Positions 26,960 to 39,257 of a stretch of 64,000 nucleotides of DNA are shown in pieces. The stretch's first letter is position 1; each line of letters starts with the position of its first letter. The notes under the pieces were generated by a model. It was not told the DNA's origin. It saw only the letters and a program-made list of their open reading frames with translations, and ran no database searches. The DNA lies in contig CM102285.1 of NCBI GenBank assembly GCA_046563655.1, positions 10,788,001 through 10,852,000 of the forward strand, given 5' to 3'. Origin of the DNA: Yuukianura sp. NJ FZ-2021. Its lineage: Eukaryota. A program made the position numbers and the translations under genes.

Positions 26960-27350
26960 GAAAGGCTTATTTGTTTTAAAAATGAATGTCAACTTACAAT
27001 TTACAACAAAGAAACGGGACAGGAAGTTCCAGAATCCACGAAAACGAAATCGAATCCGGAATTGTCTCAAAAATTAACGTAAGATTAAGATAGCTTAGCG
27101 AAAAATTGACGACGACTTTCGAAATAACACTTGTAAAATTTCAAATTTCGTGTTGTCTTGGTTACGACTAGGCAGGAAGATTTTGGTTGTTTAGTTGACA
27201 CTTTTCCATTTCGAGTTGGAGTTCGTAATTTTTAAAACATCCAGAATCAGTAGTCCGCACCTTTTCGTCTTATCCGCATCTCAAAATTAATCGTTACTCC
27301 TACTTTTCTGTAATTTGATTAACTTGGCTTACCCAAACACTGTCCTCAGT

Positions 27351-28564
27351 ATGTCTGTAGTGGATGAGCAGTTCATTTTGCACGATGAAGCTCTGGACGA
27401 GCTTTACAATTGGCTTGATACGATTCCGTTGTCGAGACCAAAGAAAAACATTTCTCGGGATTTTTCTGATGGAGGTTGGTCCAACTTTTGAATTGATTTT
27501 TATTGAATTTTAAGCTTAACTATTTCATTTGTTTTGTTGTTTCAGTTCTGTGTGCCGAGATTGTTGCTCATTTCCAGCCAAAAGCCGTAGACATGCACAA
27601 CTACTTCCCCGCGAGCTCCGTCATGCAGAAGAAGATCAATTGGAACACGTTGAATCGCAAGGTTTTTGCGAAATATGGAATCCGTATGAACGATGTCACG
27701 ATTCAGCAGTTGATCGAAGCCAAGCCCGGAGCCATTGAACAGGTATGCTGAGCAGTATTGATCAAGATACTGGCTGGATTTTCTAATTTTCATTCTGTTT
27801 TTAGTTGTTGTGGGACATTCGCCGGAAAATGCATAGTACCGAAAGCGCTGGACGAAACGAGTACCGTGGCAACAGTCGACGCATGGATTCGTCCCCAGGT
27901 CCCCGAGCACGAAGTGTCGGCGCATCGCCGTATGAACACGAAAGTTCCCTGGGATACCGTTCAAGTGTGCATGAGCACCAGCACGATTACTCCGATGAAC
28001 CACCAATCACCGTCATTCGTGGAGCGAGGTGAAAAATCATAAGATTCTTTAAATCAAATCAATTTGAAGTAATTCTAATTTGAATTTAGTAAAATCCCAA
28101 CGTCCAGCAGCATCGGAAAACCACCAGCGACGGCTCCATCCGGTGGTAGCTACGCAAATTCGTACCATACGCAAGGTTACGCAGGGCAAGGCTACGCCTC
28201 TGGTCCAAAACCGACTACATCTTATGCAAGCACGGAGGCATCCAACAACAACTCGGCAACTCCGCCATCACAGATCATCTACCGTGGACACAAAATGGTT
28301 CCTCTGGCGCTCATCGAAGAACGTGAACGTGAGATCAAATCTTTGGAAGCTGCCAACAAAACTTTGGTCACAAAGGTGAGAATTCACCTATTGATTTGTT
28401 TCCAATTTCAGCATGCGATTCCAACGATTCGAGTTTGTTAGGTCAATCGTGTGGAGACGCTCGTCAGCGTCAAGGATCAGCGCATTGAGGACTTGACTCA
28501 CCAGCTCCACAATGTTCGTACACTCTACGAACGCGTTACTCAACAAACCTGGAGCGGATACTGA
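27351..28564 (+). CDS. SPEF1: Sperm flagellar protein 1-like (CH_2/CLAMP domain plus C-terminal coiled coil)
   Basis: LYNWLDTIPLSRPKKNISRDFSDG|VLCAEIVAHF..VDMHNYFPASSVMQKKINWNTLNRKVF..KPGAIEQ; C-terminal KVNRVETLVSVKDQRIEDL. Confidence 0.9.
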
Positions 28565-29248
28565 GCACATCTCGTCAAATCAAAATTTTTTTTTACTCAA
28601 AACAAATCAAAATTTTACTCCAAACGCAACGTCGCTGCAAGCATTTTTAAACGCTAAATCTACCATTTTCAAAAGCAGAGGAAGTTTTCCCGATTTCCAA
28701 ATTTTAAAACTTCTCTAGAATGAGCTTCATTTTTCCTAAATTTTGACAATTAAATTCCTTCAAATTCCATTTATGTTTCTCGCCAATTTCTTAATTTCTG
28801 CCATAAATGAATTATTGCACTTCTGTTTTGCGAATTGAGGCTGAGAATGAGATCTCAATTTTTGCAAAAGCCTGCTCGTATGAGTGCGAATTTGAATGTG
28901 TTAATTTTCTTCTTTGCAGAATTTCATCTTCATATGTCATGTGTTCATTTATGCTAGAAGTTTAATTACCATTCAACATCAACTAAAACTAAAAGTTCAG
29001 AACACACTTTTTCATTACCCCACTTCATATTAGAATTGTCACGACACGCAGACATGGTGAGGTCAACATGAAGAATCGGAGTGCTTTTGGACAAAGATTC
29101 TCAAACTTGACATTTTGGCATTCGCAAATAGTGTGAATCAAGTTAATTACTAGTGGTACACACTGATTGTACAAATTCGAAATTTGATAATCGCTTTTAG
29201 TTCAAAATTTCAAACCATTTCTTCTAGTCTGGAAAAAGTGATCCAATA

Positions 29249-30370
29249 ATGGACAGAATTCTTAAGGGAATCATGCGATACCGTGAAACGTTTCGGGAAG
29301 GAATGGTCAAACAATTTGTTCAAGTCAGAGATCATCCCGAGGTTAGCCAAATTTTCGAAAAATTTAATGGAATTATGAATTACAAAATTATCAAATTTTT
29401 TAATTTTTTGAAATCTAGCCGAAAGCAGTTTTCTTCACATGCATGGACAGTCGCATGCTGCCTACTCGCTTTACATACACAAATGTTGGCGACATGTTCA
29501 TCGTAAGAAATGCTGGGTAACTTTTTACTTCTAAATTGTGAATGATTTGCAAAGTTTAACTGTTTCAGTTTAACATTTTCGTTGTATTTTGTTCTGAACA
29601 GGAACCTGGTTCCGAATGCGAGGTTTTTCGTTGCTGAAAACACAACAACAGAGCCAGCAGCGTTGGAATTGGGTTGTGTCGTGAACAATATTCGCCATGT
29701 CATTGTCTGTGGACACTCCGACTGCAAAGTAGGTAAATAGCACACCATTTGCTTCAACTAACAACTTTCTAACTTCAACTAGCAAGTTTTAGTTAAATAA
29801 TTTAGTGCACCTAAATTCATTTTTTCAAATTGATTTCTAGGCCATGAATCTCTTGTACCAGATGAAGGATAAGGAATTTAGATCTCTAGAAAATCAGATC
29901 CTGTCTCCGCTGCGTGGTTGGTTATGCAACCACGGGACACACTCACTGGCCAAACTAGCGACACTTGAAGAAGAAGGCTTCCAGCATCCACTGCTCTTCG
30001 AAGGAGAAACGCCTATGAGGAAATTTGTAGCCTACATTGATCCGGACAATCAATTTAGTGTGGAAGACAAACTTAGTCAAGTAAAATTCAACAAGAAATT
30101 GTTTTCTTTACAAATTTTGGAATTTAATGCTGAACTAACAGAATCGTATTTTTTCTGTAGGTTAATTGCCTTCAACAACTACAAAATATAGCCAGTTACG
30201 GATTTATGCGAGAGATACTTGCAACTGGGAAAGCACATCTACATGCTCTTTGGTTCGATATCTACACAGGAGACATTTACTATTTTAGTAGACAGAAGAA
30301 ACGGTTTGTAGATGTAAATGAAACTAGTTTTGCGCCCCTTCTAGACGAAATCCTTAAATACTACACTTGA
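29249..30370 (+). CDS. Beta-class carbonic anhydrase
   Basis: MDRILKGIMRYR, FFTCMDSRM (CxDxR), GDMFIVRNAGN, IVCGHSDCKAM (HxxC), HALWFDIYTGDIYYF. Confidence 0.95.
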
Positions 30371-31124
30371 AAAATCTGAAGATACTACTTATTCAGCAGT
30401 ACTTGAAAAAATATCATTCTCTACTAAATATCATAGTAGTTCCATTGTGTGTTGCACACACAAAAATCATTGCCAGTCAATCAATTTTTCATATTTGTGT
30501 ACTGCAAACCTGTCATCACGGATAATGTTTTAGAGCTGCATGGCGTCGAAGACCTGCAAAAATCAGATCTAAGGAAGTTTTTAGCAAAATGTGATAATTA
30601 CCGAACAAACAGTGCTTCCTTAACAGTACAACAAGATGACTTTTAACTTTAAAGTAGTTAACTGTGGTGAAAATTATTTAGTTATTCTATTTTCAATTAA
30701 ATATTTGATGTCTATAAGATCAAGTTTCAAATTGTATTAGCGTGCCCCAGTAAATGTAAGATTCGGTGTCGAATAAATACGCGGGAATTTCTGGACACGC
30801 CCGTTCCTCCATGTTTGATTTCTTTGTTCTTTTTTTTTCACATTTTTAAAAATTATAGTTTTTTTCATTTACTAGCACTATTTGGTAAGTGAGTTTAACA
30901 TTTTTGAGTTTTACTTTCTTTATTTAATTTAATTCAGAGTTAAATCGAGGTCAAGAAAGATCAGAATACTTTTTTAGGCGGCTTAAAAAGTCTGTTTTCT
31001 CCAGAAATAGATTTACTATTCCTTTTGCTGACATTCTTTTGCAATCAATGGTAGCTGAACTTTGACCAGCATAACTAAATTGATCCAGAATTAGTCTGGA
31101 TTTAGTTTATTAAATGTATTTCAT

Positions 31125-32417
31125 TCATATTTGATAATATAATATGCCAAATTGTAAAAATATAAGCGTGTAGACGAAGATATTTATAGAAGTAATGCTG
31201 GCCGAAATTGATATGGAAAATGGAGCAGAGTCACACCAAGTTGACACAAATATATCTGTTAAGTTCTTGTGTAAATCAAAAGCTCTTTGGCCACAAACTC
31301 TTAAAAGAACTGCATCATTCTGGATACATTCCATTTTGTGTTTAATGGGGTTACAACGTTCCATTCCGATTTCCATCCGTAGAACGTTATGCCAAAGGGA
31401 TACGTCATCTTCGGGTGATGGTTCTGGCCTGGACAGACATCCGGGATGATGAACTCGAACACATTCCATACATTTAACCGATTCCAGCAACCCTTAAACA
31501 CAAAATTAGAATTGTTATAAAAAAAAAATGTAAGGTTATTGAACAGCTAAAGCTACTTTATAGGCTGATTCATATCTGTCTCTCTGTCTGTCTGTCTGGT
31601 CAAAATGTTACGTTAGCGCAATAGTTTTTCTAAGTTACCTAAAAATCGTGTCCTCACATTTGAATGCTGGTCTGACATCTCTTGTCCTGGGTACATATTA
31701 GCATGTTAATCAATCATTCCAGTATATTTATTTAAATTAATATTTTTGATTAAAAAAATTAAGCAAAATTAATTGTTTTCTTGACTTTTTTTTAGATGCA
31801 AGCATTACCTTCCGAGGACCGCTCCCCGCAGAGCCAGTGACTCAGTTTCTTGAGTGAGTAATGAAGATGTCTCAACTGAATGAAAGTGTCCATAGAGGTA
31901 CAGTAATTCAATTGGTCAAACATACAATCCAGAACATGGTAAAGATCATTGCAGCTATTTTGTAACGTCGGACCATCCATAAGCACTTGATGCTTCCGCT
32001 CATATTCTTCACTATGTTTAAAATGTTTTTTAAAAATCCAACTCGAAAATAATAATAAAAATGTGTTGTTTGCAGCGTTTAAACTTAACCATCCGAAGTT
32101 TTACCTGTTGATGCACTGCGAATCTGGAGCTGAAGTTTTGGGATACACAATGGGGGAGAGACTGATGAAATCTTTCTCCAGGTACTTGTGAATGCACGCA
32201 GAGACGTCTTTGGATTTCCGGTTACATCTTCCGACGTACGGATCTTTCCCGAAGTAATGAAAAATTGATTCAATTCATCACAATTGCAGTAAATGACTCA
32301 TCCAGTATATTTACCTTCGTGGAGATCTCCAAAGTATCCAAAGATTTGGAGAGACGGACTAGGAAGAATGGTGAGTATCACAAACAATAATTTAGGCACA
32401 TTCTGGAAGTTAACCAT
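31125..32417 (-). CDS. Uncharacterised secreted/GPI-anchored Cys-rich protein (~285 aa, 5 exons)
   Basis: Five exons join in frame through canonical GT-AG introns. Signal-like MVNFQNVPKLLFVILTILPSPSLQ, 14 Cys, and a terminal hydrophobic tail (SINIFVYTLIFLQFGILYYQI*). Confidence 0.75.
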
Positions 32418-33265
32418 TTTCGAATTTCGAAATGGAGTTAATTACTTTTCTAAAGTCAAGTTCGTGTTAACTATAACTTATTTCTATCCGTTCGAGGAAG
32501 TAATTCATTTTATTTCTTTTCTTTAACTACTGGCTATAGGAGTGTTCTCTCCAGACAATTTTTAGATGTGAAAACCACAAGCGTATTTCCGCTGGTCTAT
32601 CTTACACAACGCTGCTCCTGGTCTTATTTACTTGACACTTTACAAAAAACAAACATGCCAATAATGTTTGTGCGAAAGATCTTCGTGAATAAGAGGACGC
32701 TGTGATTCATTCAGCGCTTCTCTTCACGCGAATCAGTTCTATTTTTGGCTTTCCGAAAGCCAAATTCACCGAAAAGGTTCCGGTTGTGAAAGGATTTGCG
32801 CAGGTCATTGCTCTTAACTGGCTACGCGAAAAGTGCGTTGCAAAGATCATGAGACTGAAATGACAGTGCGTTTGTAAAAATCGATTCTACACGAGTCTGT
32901 ATGCGAACCGCAGTTGCGTGAGTGCGTAGTAACCCAATTTTGGTTTTCATTCTTGACAGATGATCTGGTGATCCACATTTAAAAAAATTAGCTCAGAGTC
33001 AGGCGGCGGGTCATTACGTTGCGTAATTAAGCATTTATCTTAATTTCAATTGAGTTTGCAAGTGGTTTTGGCATTGGTGCTAAAAATCTCGCATTGCCAA
33101 AGAGCAACGCAGTGTAGAATATCGTATTCGTGGCGTCTAATTGAACTTTGTCTTAAAAACAGTTAGCAACTGAGAAATTCTATCATTAGAGTTGCGATTT
33201 TCCAGTTGCAAACATTGTGCAATTTCTAGCTGCATCTTTGAACCTTGCCCAGAGATAACGGGGAA

Positions 33266-34656
33266 ATGGATCATGGTTTAACAAAATTACTTTTTTTGGG
33301 ATAGTCATTTTTTTAGAAAGTTAAATTTTCTAAAAAATTTTTTTGTGTATTTTCAATTTCCAGGACCGGTAAGCTATGTCGAATCGTTGAAGAAAACTTT
33401 GACGGAAATCCAACATGTCAATACGAATGCAGAAATTTCAGAGAAATTGGGAGAAGCGCTTGGTCTAGTACAAACTTTGGAGACAATTGAAAGAGGAGTG
33501 CTTAGGAAATTTAGACTTGATGGACAAGTGGCTCTCGTTACTGGAGGTGGACAAGGAATTGGCAGGTCATTGGCAATTGGGCTTGGAGAAGCCGGTTGCA
33601 AAGTAGCAAGTACGAAATATTTGGTGTTCGCAGTTTTTGATTTCAAATCTCTTAGAATTTAGTTTTTGATGTTTTGAAATGAATTTTTCAGTTGCTGATA
33701 TGCAATTCGAGAAAGCGGAGTCCGTTAAAGCAGAATTAGAGGCAAAGGGAATTGACGCCTTTGCTGTGAGGGTTGACGTTTCGAAGAAGGAAGAGGTTGA
33801 AGCCATGGTGGCAGCAGTTCTTGCCAAATTCGGTGATTTGCACATCGCTTGTAACAATGCTGGAATTGTCTTCCATTCTCCAAGTGAAGAAACAAGTGAA
33901 AGTGAATGGAGGAAAACGATGGCGGTGAATCTTGATGGTGTTTTCTATTGTTGCCAAGCAGAGGCTCAGCACATGCTGAAGAAAAAATATGGCAAAATTA
34001 TTAACACTGCATCAATGTCCGGTAAATACTTGAATACTAACATAATTTAAATCGTAGAATGAACTTCTGACTAGATTTTGTTTTTGTTTATGCAGGTACA
34101 ATTGTCAATCAGCCACAAAAGCAAGTCGCCTACAACGTTTCCAAAGGTCAGAACGAATGACCTGCTCATATTTAGTAAACTTATCTCCTGATTTTGGATC
34201 TTTATGAAACTTATACTTTATAGCTGGCGTTGTCCACATGACAAAGACGTTGGGAAGTGAGTGGTGCAGTCGTGGGGTCACGGTCAACTGCATTTCTCCG
34301 TAAACCAAACACAAATTATTTTGTCAAATGAAGTCAAATTAAGATTTAACGAATTTTAACTACTCGTTTTCCCGATTAGTGGATACGTGGAAACTGTTCT
34401 TAATCAAACAGAAGCGCTTTTGTCAGTTCGTAAAAAATGGATTAATAATACACCGATGCAGCGATTAGCAGACGTTGAAGAATTGGTTGGTGCAGTACTG
34501 TACTTGGCTTCTCCGTTGTCCAGTTACACGACTGGATGCGACTTAATCGTAAGTCAAAATGCGATTTACTAAAATCATCTTATGAAATGATTTGGAATAA
34601 TAATGATTTTTCTACAAAATGTTTTTTAGATTGATGGAGGATTTACTTGTTGGTAA
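33266..34656 (+). CDS. Classical SDR of the sorbose reductase / mannitol / arabinitol dehydrogenase type
   Basis: [89 protein letters not shown]. Confidence 0.85.
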
Positions 34657-35387
34657 CTTGGAAATCGGTGAGACGAGGAATGTGAACCTCTGAGTATCAT
34701 CTGAGTCATCGGAACCATTTTAAAATAAAACTCAACTTAAGTCTTTTAACGATTGAATTTAGAGATCTTCTAATTTGGATTTAAAAACCAATTCGTCGTT
34801 GCAATTGGTTTTGATTTTGTGAAATAAATCATTACCAGAAAAAAACTTCGTAGTACTACTCTATCTGTTTTGATTGCCAATTTGTCAAGTATGTTGGATT
34901 AGGAATAGGATTAATTGGCCTCTGTTTACATAATTGATTGATTAATAATTAATGTTAATTTATTAATGTTAACTTTGATTAGTTGTTAGTTCTTGAGAAA
35001 TGTTAAACCTTTCGTCTTCATAAGGGTGACGTGACGCGAAGGTACAAATTGATCTTATTATAAGGCGGGAAAAATTATTTGGACTTGCAATTTTCAGTTT
35101 TTATTTTATTTCGGCTTCTTCGCTTGTTTTTTTATTTCATAAATTTTAAAACTTTAAACATAGCAAGCAAGGTCACAAATCAATCGACATCGATAATTAT
35201 TTTAGTCTTTAACATCTGAACACTGGTCGAAGTAGCTACGTACCTACCCAGACGGCTAGTTTTCTTCCCTGCTGCTTCATTGTTAATTCGGTAAAATAAA
35301 TAGTAAAAAGTATTTTTAGTAATCTTGTTTTCCACAATTTCTACGTTTGATTTTTACATTTTGAAAGGCCAAACGAAGTTCCATACG

Positions 35388-38335
35388 ATGAGCTCTCCAA
35401 CAACCGAGAAAGAACCGACTACACCAAGATCGACCCCCGCACCACTTGAAAGGAAACTGTCTAAAGGCGAAACAGAAATAAAACGCACATCATCTCCACT
35501 ATCGCCGTCAAAGATTGTCTCTCCTACTCGAACAGTAGACGTTAGCTTGAAGAGAAAACGCTCATCTACTTCAACAAGTGAAGATGACACTGTCAAGGGG
35601 TCAAAGAAGCTAAGTACTTCTTCCGCACACGAACCCATTTCGGACAGTGGTGGTAAAGCGAAAGGAACTGAAGATGATAAGATGGAGTCGGATTTGTTAC
35701 AACAACAAGAACCATTTGTCGTGAACAAGGAAGACCCTATTGGATCTGAAGCGCTGAAACGGAAATTGTTTGTAAGTAAAACTTGACTATGATTAGTTCT
35801 CTCTTGTTTTTTTCCCCAAGACTTCATTGACTAATGTGTCCTAGGATTTGTTCCACCGACTTGACGCAGGCGCTGACATGGTCGACCTTGCCAAGGATGT
35901 GAAAGACATACTGGACGCCGCTACAGTTGATGAGTACTGAGTCCATCCAATTACATTTTTCACGAACGGATTGAGAATTTTGGTTGAACTGAGTTTGGAT
36001 GCTTTCAGGGAGCCAAGTTTCAAGAAGCAAATTATCGATGGATTCGTCAGAGAGTATATGCTACAAGAAGTGGTGAAGACATCGAAACCTTGGAGTCCAT
36101 TAGTTTGTTTCGGCATTATACTGTCAAAAGACGGCACAGCATCAGCTCTACTTCCTATTTCACTTCTTCTTGACCTCATCGATTTGCTCGGATTGAAAGA
36201 CTGCGAAGCCGTGTTTCAGTTCATCGAAGAACGGCTAGCCATGTGGCAGGAACCGCATTTTCTTACTTGCAAGAACGCAGTATTACGAATGTGCAACGGT
36301 GAGTGACATCATTTTTAACCAAGAACAAAATCCATAAGGCCTTTTAGATTTCAGTTTTATCTTTTATGGATTTAGATCTCTTACGCCGACTTTCTCAAAC
36401 GCAAAATACGATTTTTTGTGGAAGAATTTTAATATTCCTCTCCGCCTACTTCCCGTTCTCTGAAAGATCTGGATTGAACGTAATGTCCGAATTCAACACC
36501 GACAACGTAACGTTGTATAAGACGACAGACGGCTCCGATGATCCAGAAGACGCCATGAACATGGCGGAGGAAAAGGAAGAAACGCTGTTCGAGGGTATGG
36601 ACATTGCAATTCCGGGTTTGGATAAAGTAGTTGCGCAGTGTCAAGAGCAAAAGAAGAAAAATATGAGCGTCGATTACAGCATGTACGTCAAGTTTTGGTC
36701 GCTTCAAGATTTTTTGAGAAATCCTAACCTCTGCTACAGCAAAGCGAAGTGGAAAACGTTTGCAACGGTACGTCGTATGTGCAACAAATTCGACTTCTTT
36801 TTCTTGATGTTGATGTTGTGGATTTTGGTTGTGGAATTTCTATTTCTAGTATCTCTCTGACCTTCTGCTTGCCCTGGAGTCTTCGAAATTGCTAGTGGAA
36901 CCTGGCGTACTGTCTTCAGGCGGTGTTTCAGCTAAATCTAAGAAGTCAGACATGATAGAAGTGGACAAAACATCAAAACCAGAATCGTTAATTCCATCGC
37001 TTGCACCAACTTCCTCGTTGGCTTTGGCATCCTTCTCCGGTTTCAGTGTACCAACAGTGGAAGACGATAATCACTACTTCGCCAAGTATCTAACGAATCG
37101 ACGGATTTTGGAATTAGAAATCTGTGACCCGCACTTCCGCAGATGCTTCTTGGTTCAAGTTCTCATCGTCCTGCAATATTTGGTCTTGCCTGTCAAATTC
37201 AAGACGTAAGTTTCTTATCTTATCCACTAAAAGTATTGCAATTGACTGACGCATTTTCAATTTGAACTTATTTTGTGAATATTATTTCAGCGAATCTTTT
37301 GTTCTAAACGAAGAACAGTCTCAATTTGTAAGCAAAACGACGGACAGAGTTTACGGAATTTTATCACAGATCAAACCGGGTGGACCAAAGTTTGTGGAAA
37401 CCGTAAAGCACATGCTAAAGGTGAGGATTGACATTTCGTAAAAGCGATTTTAAAATCAATTTTAAAATCAAAACCTAACCTTGCTTGTAGTGTCGATTGT
37501 GAACCTATTCCTGTATCGCCTTGTTAACTTTTCCAGAGAGAAGAAATCTGGAGTAAATGGAAGAATGAAGGATGTGTTCCATTGAAAAAACCGATGCCAC
37601 CGCCCGTCAACGTTTCAACTGATCCGAAATTAGGCAAAGGAGGAAAATCCGATTCCGGAAAAATAACAAGTTCGACCTCACTGAACTCAAGCAAAGGGGA
37701 TGAAGAATTCAGTGAACCCGGAAAAGGAGATGCGACACCAGCTTCAAAACCTAGACTTGGTGCTATCCTGAAACGTGCCAATGAAAATAACAAGTTCAAT
37801 TTAGGAAAGTAAGTGAAAGTGTCTAAATTACTTTTTTAAATTCAGTTTCTGTTTGTTTAAAAAGTGATCTTTTCTTAGCTCTGAGCTGAACCGACTTTGG
37901 AATATCAGTCCGGATAACCTGGGAGCATGTCGTGCAAAAGCAAGAGATTTCATGCCATCAATTGAAACTTACTTTGCAGAGGCTATGGAAGAACTTGACC
38001 AAGATCCCGTTGTACCGTTCGATCCCAAGAGGGAGGTGAAGCCGAAAAGGTACGACAGATATGTAATAAAGTAAAGTCATGATGCAAGAAATAACGAAAC
38101 TGGATACAAATTGGCAAGTATTATGTGTTTGGCTAGGATTCTGGGGAATACTAATTTTGGATGGCGAGGATTGCGACTGTTGGCTCGACGCAGTCCGTAC
38201 TTCTTTCAAGCAGTCAGTGGAACTCCGATTCATCCATTACAAAATTACTTGGAATTTGTTCTTCGTAAGATTGCTGCAGATTTAGATGTTCAACCTGCTT
38301 CTGCTGCTGACACATCGCCAACTGCAAATTCATAG
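35388..38335 (+). CDS. THOC1: THO complex subunit 1 (Hpr1/p84)
   Basis: CKNAVLRMCN|DLLRRLSQTQNTIFCGRILIFLSAYFPFSERSGLN, KFWSLQDFLRNP, YFAKYLTNRRILELEICDPHFRR, REEIWSKWKNEGC, FGWRGLRLLARRSPYFF. Confidence 0.93.
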
Positions 38336-38652
38336 ATTCGCTAATTCACGTTACATTAAAACGTCGGATTATTATTTTTTATTTGTACAGGGTGACTAAA
38401 TAAATTAGTAGCACTAGTGTCAAGTCATGATGATCTCTTAATTTGTAAATTGCATATTGGAAATGCAAAATCGGTTTTCAGAACACCCTATAGTTGCACT
38501 TTTGTGGTGAAACTTCCACAAGTGGTGCCGGCGAGTGAGAACGTGAGAACGTGAGGTGAGTTGGTGAGTAGGAAGATTTCAGTCGGACGACGAAGTGTCG
38601 TTTACAATAAGGTGACGGAATCAGCTGTTTTTGTCAGTCAAAAAACACGGTA

Positions 38653-38836
38653 GGAGTAAGGTAGAGGGTGCCAATGGTAACACCCCATTGTAACCCCCCG
38701 CGCCGAAGGCGCGGTGTTAGGTTTCTTAAAATTGGCAATACTGATTACGTCTCGAGGTTAGGTTGGGTGTTACAATGGGGTGTTACAACGGGGTGTTACA
38801 ATAGGGTGTTACCATTGGCACCCTCTACCTTACTCC
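38653..38836. mobile_element. Short MITE-like foldback element (184 bp)
   Basis: Terminal inverted repeat of ~40 bp (ggagtaaggtagagggtgccaatggtaacaccc.attgtaac); internal ggggtgttacaa repeats and a cgcgccgaaggcgcg hairpin. No clear TSD. Confidence 0.8.
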
Positions 38837-39257
38837 AGCCAAAAACACTTTTCCTTAGGTTAGCAATCAAATCAATCCGTGGCATAATTTGTTTCTCCTC
38901 GTTAATCAATTATTGTTGTGATTTGCAGCTGGACGTGATTTGTCGTCTGATCTGCTCTTGGCGTACTTGGTGACCTTACATTACATATTTCATTGCGAAC
39001 TTCGTCGATTCCGAAATTCAGCCGACCTGACCTGTCTAATACTTCGCCGAAGATACGATTTATTTTGAAGAAGACAGGCACTAATCAGGAATAGGAGCAT
39101 CAGGAGAACCTGCTGATGCTGAAGGTGAAGGACGGTAATTGCTTTTTGAATCATCTCTATATGTAGAGGGTTAATTATAAATTTTCTTTTTAGACGGTAA
39201 CCACCACAGTCTGTATAGTGCGAGAAGAAGATCTTTGCTAGTTCGAGTTTGCAGTCA

